Notes under the pieces: generated by a model
What the model was told of the DNA's origin: nothing
What the model saw: the letters and a program-made list of their open reading frames with translations, nothing else
The model's database searches: none
Position numbers and translations under genes: made by a program
Shown here: positions 1 to 7,879 of the stretch, piece after piece
Layout: every line of letters starts with the position of its first letter
Numbering within the stretch: the first letter of the stretch is position 1
Origin: Xylanibacter ruminicola 23
Lineage (GTDB): Bacteria; Bacteroidota; Bacteroidia; Bacteroidales; Bacteroidaceae
Direction: 5' to 3'
Assembly (NCBI RefSeq): GCF_000025925.1
Contig: NC_014033.1
Location: 2,460,001-2,492,000, forward strand
DNA: 32,000 nt

Positions 1-861
1 ATCGGTAAGTATGCGCTTGAGGCTCTCGAGACCGCTCCCGACTTTGAAGTAGCTGGTATCGTGCGTCGTAATGGCGCTGAGAACAAGCCCGCCGAGCTGG
101 CACAGTATGAGGTTGTGAAGGATATCCGCGACCTGAAGGATGTAGATGTAGCTATCCTCGCTACCCCAACACGTAGCTGTGAGGAGTATGCTAACCAGAT
201 TCTGCCATTGGGCATTAACACTGTTGACTCTTTCGATATCCACACACAGATTCGTGGCTATCGTGAGCGTCTGATGAAGCTGAACAAAGAGACAAACACC
301 GTTAGTGTGATTGCCGCAGGATGGGATCCAGGTTCTGATTCAATCGTACGCACCCTGATGCAGAGCTTGGCTCCAAAGGGTCTGAGCTACACCAACTTCG
401 GTCCTGGTATGTCGATGGGCCACAGTGTATGCGTACGTTCTAAGGAGGGTGTTAAGAATGCACTGAGCATGACTATCCCCTTGGGCGAGGGTATCCACCG
501 CCGTATGGTATATGTAGAGCTGGAAGAGGGCGCTAAGCTCGAAGAGGTAACAAAGGCTATCAAGGCCGATCCTTACTTCGCTTCTGACGAGACTCACGTG
601 TTCCAGGTAGAGAGCGTTGACGACGTTCGCGATATGGGACATGGTGTAAACCTGGTACGCAAGGGTGTGAGCGGTAAGACTCAGAACCAGCGTCTGGAAT
701 TCAACATGAGCATTAACAACCCTGCACTCACTGGTCAGGTTCTGGTAAACGTTGCTCGTGCCTCTATGCGTCTGCAACCCGGATGCTACACAATGGTAGA
801 GATTCCTGTCATTGATATGCTGCCTGGTGACCGTGCCGACCTTATTGAGCATCTCGTATAA
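1..861 (+). CDS. ddh: meso-diaminopimelate D-dehydrogenase, 5' end outside window
   Basis: Frame 1 is open from nt 1 (IGKYALEALETAPDFEVAGIV precedes the ORF-track start at 61). Full-length resemblance to the Ddh family (AAGWDPGSDS, NFGPGMSMGHS). The TAA stop at 859-861 abuts the purN ATG at 862. Confidence 0.88.
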   Translation: MGKYALEALETAPDFEVAGIVRRNGAENKPAELAQYEVVKDIRDLKDVDVAILATPTRSCEEYANQILPLGINTVDSFDIHTQIRGYRERLMKLNKETNTVSVIAAGWDPGSDSIVRTLMQSLAPKGLSYTNFGPGMSMGHSVCVRSKEGVKNALSMTIPLGEGIHRRMVYVELEEGAKLEEVTKAIKADPYFASDETHVFQVESVDDVRDMGHGVNLVRKGVSGKTQNQRLEFNMSINNPALTGQVLVNVARASMRLQPGCYTMVEIPVIDMLPGDRADLIEHLV

Positions 862-1428
862 ATGAACATTGCGATTTTCGTATCAGGTGGCGGTACCAAC
901 TGCGAAAACCTGATTAAATATTTTGCTGGCTCCGAGAACGTGAATTGCGCTCTCGTAGTCAGCAATAAGTTTGATGCCTACGCATTGGTTCGTGCCGAGC
1001 GTTTGAATGTGCCAACAGCTGTAACACCTAAAGCCGAACTGAACGACCCTAAAATAATGCTACCTCTGCTGAAGAAGTACAACATCGATTTTATCGTATT
1101 AGCAGGCTTTCTGCCATTGGTTCCCAGTTTTCTGATAGATGCCTATCCACATCGTATCATCAACATCCACCCTGCCCTATTGCCCAAGTACGGCGGCAAA
1201 GGAATGTGGGGCCACCACGTGCACGAGGCAGTAAAAGCTGCTGGCGAGACCGAGACGGGTATGACAGTACACTGGGTAACGCCTGTATGCGATTCAGGTG
1301 AGATTATCGCCCAATACAAGGTTGCCATCTCTCCCAATGACACTGTAGATGACATCGCCGAGAAAGAGCACCAACTGGAAATGAAATACTTCCCCAAGGT
1401 TGTTGAGGAAGTATTAAACAATCTGTAA
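862..1428 (+). CDS. purN: phosphoribosylglycinamide formyltransferase
   Basis: 188 aa. N-terminal IAIFVSGGGTN plus the IINIHPALLPKYGGKGMWGHHVHEAV formyltransferase core, typical length and layout for PurN. Confidence 0.9.
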   Translation: MNIAIFVSGGGTNCENLIKYFAGSENVNCALVVSNKFDAYALVRAERLNVPTAVTPKAELNDPKIMLPLLKKYNIDFIVLAGFLPLVPSFLIDAYPHRIINIHPALLPKYGGKGMWGHHVHEAVKAAGETETGMTVHWVTPVCDSGEIIAQYKVAISPNDTVDDIAEKEHQLEMKYFPKVVEEVLNNL

Positions 1429-1434
1429 AGTTAT

Positions 1435-1464
1435 AAAGTCCGTTGTTACTCTACAGCGGACTTT
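1435..1464. terminator. hairpin between convergent purN and lpdA (possible bidirectional terminator)
   Basis: AAAGTCCG (1435-1442) and CGGACTTT (1457-1464) are perfect reverse complements with a 14-nt loop. The lpdA stop codon lies in the loop. Flanks are A/T-rich. Confidence 0.45.
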
Positions 1465-2732
1465 AATATTTCTGACAGTGTGGGATGGATATGTACCATA
1501 TCGGCGAGTTCGGCGATTGTGGTATGTTTGCACATCAGCACGCTCACCTCCTGTACAATATCAGCCGAATGGGCGCCATAGGCATGACAACCTAAGATGG
1601 CACCATCAGCAGGTGACACGAACAACTTCAACATACCCTCTGTTTCGCCCATCGCCAAAGCCTTACCATTGGCACGCCAGAACGACTTTCTGCACTCATA
1701 AGCAATACCTTCGGCTTTGAGCTGGTCTTCGGTTGGACCCACACAAGCGGCTTCGGGCTGTGTAAAGATGGCCGCAGGCATGATATCAAAACGGATATTG
1801 TCGGGTTTGCCGATAATCTGATTCACCACATGGATGGCCTGCATCTCAGCGGCATGAGCCAGCATCTGCTTGCCATTTACATCGCCAATAGCGAAGATGC
1901 CATTAACGGTAGTCTTGAAGTGATCATCTACGGTAACGCCTTTGCGCTCATCGAACTCAATACCAGCATTGGCAAAGTCAGCCTGCACACGAGGTTTTCT
2001 ACCTGTAGCCATCAGGACAACATCGGCATCGATATCTGCGATATCTTCTACAGCAGTCTTCATCTTGAAAGTAATACCGCCTTTCATTCCCGACGTTCCG
2101 TCGCCTACCCGTGGCCTTTCAAGATACTTACGCAGGCGCTTGGCAATATCGCTATCAAGGGCTGGCAAGCACTCCTTCAGATACTCAATCACCGTTACCT
2201 CAGTACCAAAGCGATTGAACACCGAGGCGAACTCCATACCTATCACACCGGCACCAATAATAGCCAGGCGCTTGGGCTGGGTTTCGAGATTCAACAAGCC
2301 AGTAGAGTCGACTACACGAGGAATTCCCGAGCTTTGCTCGCCTACCCGTAGCCTTTTATCAACACCCTTGATGGGGAGCCACTTGGTTTCGGAGCCGGTA
2401 GCAATGATGATGTTATCGGCAGTATAATCGCCAACGGTATGAGCATCTGTAAACACACCCTTCTCACGAACCAACGTGATATTGGGATGCGAAAGGATGC
2501 CCTCAACACCCTGACGAAGCTGACTAACAACTGTTGCCATGCGTTCGCGAGCCTCAGCAAAGGTAGCACTATGCACATAGGTCTTGGTGGGTATACAACC
2601 CACATTCAAGCAGGTGCCACCCACTTCTGAACCTTCGAAGATGACCACCTTTAAGCCTTGCTTAGCGGCATATTCAGCGGCGCGGTAACCACCTGGGCCC
2701 GCGCCGATGATAATCAAATCAACCTTAGACAT
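1446..2732 (-). CDS. lpdA: dihydrolipoyl dehydrogenase (L protein / E3)
   Basis: FAD Rossmann IIGAGPGGY, redox disulfide GGTCLNVGCIPTK, second Rossmann IIGAGVIGMEF, C-terminal HIHPTLSE. It is the last gene of the gcv gene string. Confidence 0.9.
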   Translation of the reverse strand: MSKVDLIIIGAGPGGYRAAEYAAKQGLKVVIFEGSEVGGTCLNVGCIPTKTYVHSATFAEARERMATVVSQLRQGVEGILSHPNITLVREKGVFTDAHTVGDYTADNIIIATGSETKWLPIKGVDKRLRVGEQSSGIPRVVDSTGLLNLETQPKRLAIIGAGVIGMEFASVFNRFGTEVTVIEYLKECLPALDSDIAKRLRKYLERPRVGDGTSGMKGGITFKMKTAVEDIADIDADVVLMATGRKPRVQADFANAGIEFDERKGVTVDDHFKTTVNGIFAIGDVNGKQMLAHAAEMQAIHVVNQIIGKPDNIRFDIMPAAIFTQPEAACVGPTEDQLKAEGIAYECRKSFWRANGKALAMGETEGMLKLFVSPADGAILGCHAYGAHSADIVQEVSVLMCKHTTIAELADMVHIHPTLSEILKSAVE

Positions 2733-2760
2733 TAAACATTAAAGATTAAACATTAAACAT
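2733..2760. repeat. tandem heptamer array (TAAACAT)x4 forming the gcvPB/lpdA junction
   Basis: Units read TAAACAT TAAAGAT TAAACAT TAAACAT at 2733, 2740, 2747 and 2754. The gcvPB stop (2753-2755) lies inside the array; the lpdA start (2730-2732) lies in the degenerate TAGACAT unit (2726-2732) immediately adjoining it. Confidence 0.85.
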
Positions 2761-4162
2761 TTTCTGCCTGGAGTTGACGGTAGGTCGTAACAGGATGCTT
2801 AGCGGCGAGGACATCATCCACACGACCGATAGGTGTATCGTGTGGAGCGCCCTTCACCAGTTCGGGATCGGTCTTAGCCTCCTCGGCAATCTGTCGCATC
2901 ACGGCAATAAAGCCATCCAGCGTTTCCTTCGACTCGTTCTCCGTAGGCTCGATCATCAAGCTCTCGTGGAACAACAAGGGGAAGTAGATGGTTGGCGCAT
3001 GATAGCCGTAATCGAGCAATCGCTTAGCCACATCCATCGTGGTAACACCCGTCGATTTATCCTTCAGTCCGTCGAACACAAACTCATGACAACAGATGGT
3101 GTTGATAGGCAGTTCGTACACATCCTTGAGCGACTCCTTGATATAGTTGGCATTCAAGGTGGCTAACGGACCAACCTCCTTGACATGTTCACGACCCAAC
3201 GAGAGGATGTAAGCATAGGCACGCATCATCACACCATAGTTACCCTGATAGGGCGACACAAATGGGAAGCAATCCTGCAATCCCTCGCGAACACCCACAG
3301 GACCAGCACCAGGACCACCACCGCCATGAGGCGTTGAGAAGGTCTTATGCAGGTTAATATGCATCACATCAAAGCCCATATCGCCAGGACGACAAGCACC
3401 CAGCATCGGGTTCAGGTTGGCACCATCGTAATACATCAATCCGCCACAGTCATGAATCAACTGGGCAATCTCAGGAATACGAGTTTCAAACAGTCCGAGG
3501 GTATTAGGATTGGTCATCATCATAGCGGCAATCTCAGTTCCCTGCTCAGCTACCAAGCGTTGCAGATCCTCGAAATCAACCTGACCATTAGCCAACGATT
3601 TCACCTCAACAATCTCCAAGCCACACACAGCGGCCGAGGCAGGATTGGTACCATGGGCGCTATCGGGCACAATCACCTTTTTGCGCGCCATATCACCACG
3701 ACTACGATGATAATTGTCGATAGTCATCAGTCCCGTTAACTCACCATGGGCACCAGCATAGGGTTTAAAGGTGAAGTGAGCCAGACCTGTGAGTGCGCAG
3801 AGCGACTTTTCCAACAGGGTTACCAAAGCCTGCGCACCACGTACCGTTTCGACAGGTTGCTCAGGGTGCAGATTCTGGAACTGGGGCAGAGCGGCCATCT
3901 CCTCGTTGATTTTGGGATTGTACTTCATGGTACATGAACCCAGCGGATAGAAGCCCGTATCAACACCAAAGTTATTATTAGAGAGGTTGGTATAATGGCG
4001 CACCACGGTGAGCTCGTCGCACTCAGGCAACTGAGCCTCTTCGGCACGTTTCATCTCTGCAGGTATCTCGTAACTGCCAAAATGATTCTTAGGCAGACTA
4101 TAGCCTTTGCGGCCCTCCTTTGAGAGCTCAAAGATCAGATTTCCATATAATCGGTTGTTCAT
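2753..4162 (-). CDS. gcvPB: glycine dehydrogenase (decarboxylating) subunit 2
   Basis: 469 aa. PLP-lysine region INLHKTFSTPHGGGGPGAGP. ATGA start/stop overlap with gcvPA at 4159-4162. Confidence 0.93.
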   Translation of the reverse strand: MNNRLYGNLIFELSKEGRKGYSLPKNHFGSYEIPAEMKRAEEAQLPECDELTVVRHYTNLSNNNFGVDTGFYPLGSCTMKYNPKINEEMAALPQFQNLHPEQPVETVRGAQALVTLLEKSLCALTGLAHFTFKPYAGAHGELTGLMTIDNYHRSRGDMARKKVIVPDSAHGTNPASAAVCGLEIVEVKSLANGQVDFEDLQRLVAEQGTEIAAMMMTNPNTLGLFETRIPEIAQLIHDCGGLMYYDGANLNPMLGACRPGDMGFDVMHINLHKTFSTPHGGGGPGAGPVGVREGLQDCFPFVSPYQGNYGVMMRAYAYILSLGREHVKEVGPLATLNANYIKESLKDVYELPINTICCHEFVFDGLKDKSTGVTTMDVAKRLLDYGYHAPTIYFPLLFHESLMIEPTENESKETLDGFIAVMRQIAEEAKTDPELVKGAPHDTPIGRVDDVLAAKHPVTTYRQLQAENV

Positions 4163-5475
4163 AGGGCAGCAATGTTTACGAGGTTATCAATTTCTTCCTT
4201 GGTACGCTTCTCGGTAACGGCAAACAGAATGCCATCACCCAGCTTTACGCCACCCAATATACCTGCATTCAGCAAGTGCTTAGAGAGAGTATCAACATTG
4301 CCATCATACTTTACGAAGAACTCATTAAAGAATGGTTTGTCGAAAGCCAGATGGAACTTACCAGTTTTAACCAGTTCGTCGCACAGATAATGTGCACCGG
4401 CATACGAGAGCTCTGCGGCCTCTTTCACTCCCAGTTTACCCATCAACGACAGATACATGGTAACAAAGAGCGCCATCAGACTCTGGTTTGAACAGATATT
4501 TGAAGTGGCTTTCTGACGACGGATATGCTGTTCGCGAGCCTGAAGAGTGAGTACAAAGGCACGCTGATCGCGATTATCCTTGGTCATACCCACAATGCGT
4601 CCTGGCATCTTACGAATCAACTTCTCGGTGCAACACATATAGCCTACGTAAGGACCACCAAACTGCATGGGGATACCCAAGCTCTGACCATCGCCCACAG
4701 CAATATCAGCCCCCCACTCGCCTGGTGTCTTCAGCACAGCCAAGTCGGCAATCACACTGTTCATGACAAACAGAGCCTTCTGCTCATGACAAGCCTCAGC
4801 AAAACCGGTAAAGTCTTCAACAATACCATACACGTTAGGCTGTTGCACAATAGCACCAGCCACACCACCATTTGCGAGTTGAGATTTGAGCATTGAGAGA
4901 TCGGTAGCACCATCCTTCAGAGGGATGGTTTCGAGTTCGATTCCTTGATGCAGGGCATAGGTATCGAGCACCTCGCGGGTCTTGGGATTCAGACCTGCTG
5001 ATAGCAGCACCTTGTTTTGTTTCTTACCTGCGGCAACAGCCATCATCATAGCCTCGGCAGTAGCGGTAGTACCATCGTACATCGAAGCGTTAGAGATGTC
5101 CATACCTGTCAGTTCGGCCATCATGCTCTGATACTCAAAGATATAGTGCAAAGTGCCCTGTGATATCTCAGCCTGGTACGGGGTGTACGAGGTAAGGAAC
5201 TCTGAACGTTGCAGCAAACTTGGGATAACAGATGGCATATAGTGATCGTAAACACCATAGCCAGCAAAGCAGGTAAGCTGTTGGTTCTGCGAACCCAACT
5301 TATCAAACAGTTGGCGCACTTCCAACTCGCTCATCTCCGAGGGCAACTGGTAGTCGCCCTTAAAGCGGATGGCATCGGGTATCTGGGCATACAGACCATC
5401 CAAGTCTGTCACCCCCACCTTCTCCATCATCGCCTGCAAGTCGTCGCTTGTATGCGGAAAATACTTGTAATCCAT
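4159..5475 (-). CDS. gcvPA: glycine dehydrogenase (decarboxylating) subunit 1
   Basis: SYTPYQAEISQGTL motif. I prefer the ATG at 5475 (MDYKYFPHTSDDL, the usual family N-terminus) over the ORF-track start at 5505, which lies inside the inverted repeat. Confidence 0.9.
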   Translation of the reverse strand: MDYKYFPHTSDDLQAMMEKVGVTDLDGLYAQIPDAIRFKGDYQLPSEMSELEVRQLFDKLGSQNQQLTCFAGYGVYDHYMPSVIPSLLQRSEFLTSYTPYQAEISQGTLHYIFEYQSMMAELTGMDISNASMYDGTTATAEAMMMAVAAGKKQNKVLLSAGLNPKTREVLDTYALHQGIELETIPLKDGATDLSMLKSQLANGGVAGAIVQQPNVYGIVEDFTGFAEACHEQKALFVMNSVIADLAVLKTPGEWGADIAVGDGQSLGIPMQFGGPYVGYMCCTEKLIRKMPGRIVGMTKDNRDQRAFVLTLQAREQHIRRQKATSNICSNQSLMALFVTMYLSLMGKLGVKEAAELSYAGAHYLCDELVKTGKFHLAFDKPFFNEFFVKYDGNVDTLSKHLLNAGILGGVKLGDGILFAVTEKRTKEEIDNLVNIAAL

Positions 5476-5490
5476 AGATAGTATATTTTT

Positions 5491-5582
5491 GGCACGGATT
5501 AACACGGCTCTCTTTAGAGAGGCACTGCTTTTTTTTTGTAAAGAGCCGCGTCTTTATTTATAAAGCCGTGTTAATCCGTGCC
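5491..5582 (-). repeat. perfect 19-bp inverted repeat (large stem-loop) in the gcvH-gcvPA spacer
   Basis: GGCACGGATTAACACGGCT (5491-5509) is the exact reverse complement of AGCCGTGTTAATCCGTGCC (5564-5582). The 54-nt loop contains a T9 run (5529-5537) and a small CTCTC/GAGAG hairpin. Confidence 0.9.
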
Positions 5583-5588
5583 TAATAA

Positions 5589-5969
5589 TTATTTTTCGCA
5601 GAAAGCAGCGTAGGCCTTGGCATCCATCAGGTTTTCAACCTCAGAAGGATCGCTGAGCTGTACTTTGATAATCCAGTTCTCAAAGGCATCCTGGTTGATG
5701 AGTTCAGGCTGGTCGTCGAGAGCTTCGTTAACCTCTACAACGGTGCCACTAACGGGCGAAATCAGATCCGATGCAGCCTTTACGCTTTCAACGGCACCAA
5801 ACTCCTCACCTGCTTCAACTTCGTCGTCAACATCAGGCATATCTACATAAACCACATTGCCCAGCGCATTCTGAGCATAGTCGGTAATACCTACAAAACC
5901 AAAATCACCTTCTACTCTAACAAATTCGTGAGACTCTGAGTAGTAGAGTCCTTCAATTACTTTAGCCAT
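5589..5969 (-). CDS. gcvH: glycine cleavage system H protein
   Basis: 126 aa. Lipoyl-lysine motif AVESVKAASDLISPVSG, typical H-protein length. Confidence 0.95.
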   Translation of the reverse strand: MAKVIEGLYYSESHEFVRVEGDFGFVGITDYAQNALGNVVYVDMPDVDDEVEAGEEFGAVESVKAASDLISPVSGTVVEVNEALDDQPELINQDAFENWIIKVQLSDPSEVENLMDAKAYAAFCEK

Positions 5970-5974
5970 AATAT

Positions 5975-7084
5975 TTATTTCTTATAATTTTTAGTATAGA
6001 ATTGCTTTTTTACCACCTTGCCAGGGAATACCTTTTTGCGAATCTGAATCTGCACTTCGGTATCCAGTTTGGCGTATGCGGCATCGATGAGTGCCATACA
6101 CACGCTCTTATCCGTAGATAAGGTGTGATAGCCAGTTGTCACCTCACCGATAGGTTCGCCTGCCATATTCAGCACGGTGTAACCATGACGGGGGATGGCC
6201 TTATCCATCAGTTCGATACCCACCAGTTTCTTAGCAGGACCTTCGGCCTTTTGCTTGGCCAGTGCCTCCTTACCAATAAACTCGGTCTTATCCAACTTGA
6301 CGAACATGCCCAAGCCAGCCATGATAGGCGTGATATCCTCAGAGAGCTCATCGCCATAGAGCGGCAGTCCCACCTCGAAGCGCAGGGTATCGCGACAACC
6401 CAGTCCACAAGCCTGAACACCTGCTGCAATCAGCTTGTCCCAGCACTCACGGATATAGTCGTGATTGGCATAAATTTCAAATCCATCCTCGCCGGTATAA
6501 CCGGTACGAGAGATGATAACATCGCCAATAGTCTTACAAGTATAGAACACCAGTTCGGCACAAGGCAAGCCCAATACCGTTTCAACGATATGCTCGCTCT
6601 CAGGACCCTGAACGGCTATCTGACCATAGAAGTCGGAACGGTTCTGCAGGTCGATATCAAAGCCCTCGGCATTCTGTTGCATCCAGGCCCAGTCCTTATC
6701 GATGTTAGCGGCATTGATGACCAGGAAGAAATCGTTCTCGCCCATCTTATACACCAACAGATCGTCAACCGTACCACCATTCTCGTAGCACATCATACCA
6801 TAGTAGATCTTGCCCACAGGAGCACCAGCGATATCGTTGGTAAAAATGTGCTGCACATAACGCTCGGCATCAGGACCTTTTACGGTTACTTCGCCCATGT
6901 GCGAAACATCAAACAAGCCCACATGCTCGCGAACGGCCGTATGCTCGGGAGCAATACCAGCCATCTGATAAAGCAAAGGCATGTCAAAACCACCAAACGT
7001 TACCATGGTGGCACCAAGCTGTAGATGCTTGTCGTACAAGCAAGTACGCTTTTCTTTCTTTTCTAGTTCTTGTTTTATTGCCAT
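5975..7084 (-). CDS. gcvT: aminomethyltransferase (T protein)
   Basis: 369 aa. The N-terminal LYDKHLQLGATMVTFGGFDMPLLY and HVGLFDVSHMGE segments are typical of GcvT. Located 5 nt upstream of gcvH. Confidence 0.92.
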   Translation of the reverse strand: MAIKQELEKKEKRTCLYDKHLQLGATMVTFGGFDMPLLYQMAGIAPEHTAVREHVGLFDVSHMGEVTVKGPDAERYVQHIFTNDIAGAPVGKIYYGMMCYENGGTVDDLLVYKMGENDFFLVINAANIDKDWAWMQQNAEGFDIDLQNRSDFYGQIAVQGPESEHIVETVLGLPCAELVFYTCKTIGDVIISRTGYTGEDGFEIYANHDYIRECWDKLIAAGVQACGLGCRDTLRFEVGLPLYGDELSEDITPIMAGLGMFVKLDKTEFIGKEALAKQKAEGPAKKLVGIELMDKAIPRHGYTVLNMAGEPIGEVTTGYHTLSTDKSVCMALIDAAYAKLDTEVQIQIRKKVFPGKVVKKQFYTKNYKK

Positions 7085-7086
7085 AG

Positions 7087-7114
7087 ATTATTGTATTTTT
7101 AATTATTGTATTTT
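7087..7114. repeat. 13-bp direct repeat with 15-bp period across the lplA-like/gcvT junction
   Basis: ATTATTGTATTTT occurs at 7087-7099 and again at 7102-7114. One copy encodes the last codons and stop of the ligase gene; the other forms the spacer before the gcvT ATG. Confidence 0.85.
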
Positions 7115-7788
7115 AATGATTCTATTTGTTCAATGTCCTTAATTTGTTGGTTTGTGAGCATCACCTCGCCATCACACAGGGTTTGCCGTATCATTGTTTT
7201 TATCTCATCGAGCGATAACGTGGTGTGGTCTTTTAAAAAGGTGATGCGTTGCCGCACGCTCTGAATGCCTTTCTTCTCTAACTTCTCCGGCCCAGGCGTG
7301 ATGGCATTCAGCATGTGCTCCATATTGGTGTCGTAGAGCATGGTGCTATGAACGATGCTGCGCCCAGGCAACTGATAGAAAGCCGTGCCGCACACTTTTT
7401 TATCACCTATCATAATATCGTTATGCGTGGTGCTGGTGGCTTCGACGCCCATCTTATGCAGCACCAGTTGCACCATCGTTACAAAACGGTTAAAGGTAAA
7501 GCCTACATTGTCGCCATCCGTAATCATCGAGAGCATCAGGTTGTCCATATCGGCATACACACATCCACCACCACTCTTACGGTGATACACCTGGATGCCA
7601 TGCTCGCGACAATAGGCCAAGTTTACCTCGTTCTCAACCACCTGGTTGCGACCATAGATAACACTGGGCTCTACTTGCCACATAAAAAAGCAGTCGGGTT
7701 CGTTCAGATTTCGCGCTACATACTCCTCCATCGCCAGATAGAAACTTAGGCGACGGGGTTCGTTAGTAGGTAAGGCGATATATTTCAT
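7099..7788 (-). CDS. lipoate-protein ligase A family protein, catalytic domain only
   Basis: 229 aa. RKSGGGCVYAD and the KKVCGTAFY (lipoyl-AMP lysine) regions resemble the LplA/LipM catalytic domain. Too short to carry the LplA C-terminal accessory domain. First gene of the gcv string. Confidence 0.75.
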   Translation of the reverse strand: MKYIALPTNEPRRLSFYLAMEEYVARNLNEPDCFFMWQVEPSVIYGRNQVVENEVNLAYCREHGIQVYHRKSGGGCVYADMDNLMLSMITDGDNVGFTFNRFVTMVQLVLHKMGVEATSTTHNDIMIGDKKVCGTAFYQLPGRSIVHSTMLYDTNMEHMLNAITPGPEKLEKKGIQSVRQRITFLKDHTTLSLDEIKTMIRQTLCDGEVMLTNQQIKDIEQIESLKYNN

Positions 7789-7817
7789 CTGTAAAGTATA
7801 GTCATTAAAACTTTCTG

Positions 7818-7849
7818 CAAAAATATGAAGATTTTATGTAACCACCAAA
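7818..7849 (-). promoter_or_regulatory. Bacteroidota-type promoter for the lplA-gcv operon
   Basis: On the minus strand: TTTG (7849-7846), 20 nt, then TATTTTTG (7825-7818), extended to TATTTTTGCA. Lies about 30 nt upstream of the ATG at 7788. Confidence 0.5.
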
Positions 7850-7879
7850 TTCTTTCCTCTAAATAATGCTAAATCTTAT

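Noticed and set aside
5491-5582. The 19-bp inverted repeat interpreted as a canonical rho-independent terminator ending the operon after gcvH.
   Set aside because: In the sense direction the stem is followed by an A-run rather than a U-tract. gcvPA starts 15 nt later with no promoter box of its own. It is kept as a finding (processing/stability element, REP-like repeat or inverton) rather than called a terminator.
6125-7024. A 299-aa ORF antisense to gcvT. Similar long antisense ORFs lie at 7883-8689, 10821-11480, 1830-2351, 3347-3739 and 340-852.
   Set aside because: Each lies wholly inside a confidently identified gene on the opposite strand. Their translations are low-complexity and rich in His/Arg/Leu with no recognisable motifs. 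They have no promoter box or start context. They are typical shadow frames of codon-biased genes.
7789-7879. Looked for a glycine riboswitch or other long leader upstream of the gcv genes; also checked the 14-nt lplA/gcvT gap at 7085-7098.
   Set aside because: Only 91 nt separate the upstream gene from the lplA-like ATG, and about 60 of them are taken by a promoter-like TTTG-N20-TATTTTTG. There is no room for a ~100-nt or tandem aptamer, and I saw no conserved aptamer-like core by eye. A covariance-model scan would be the decisive test.
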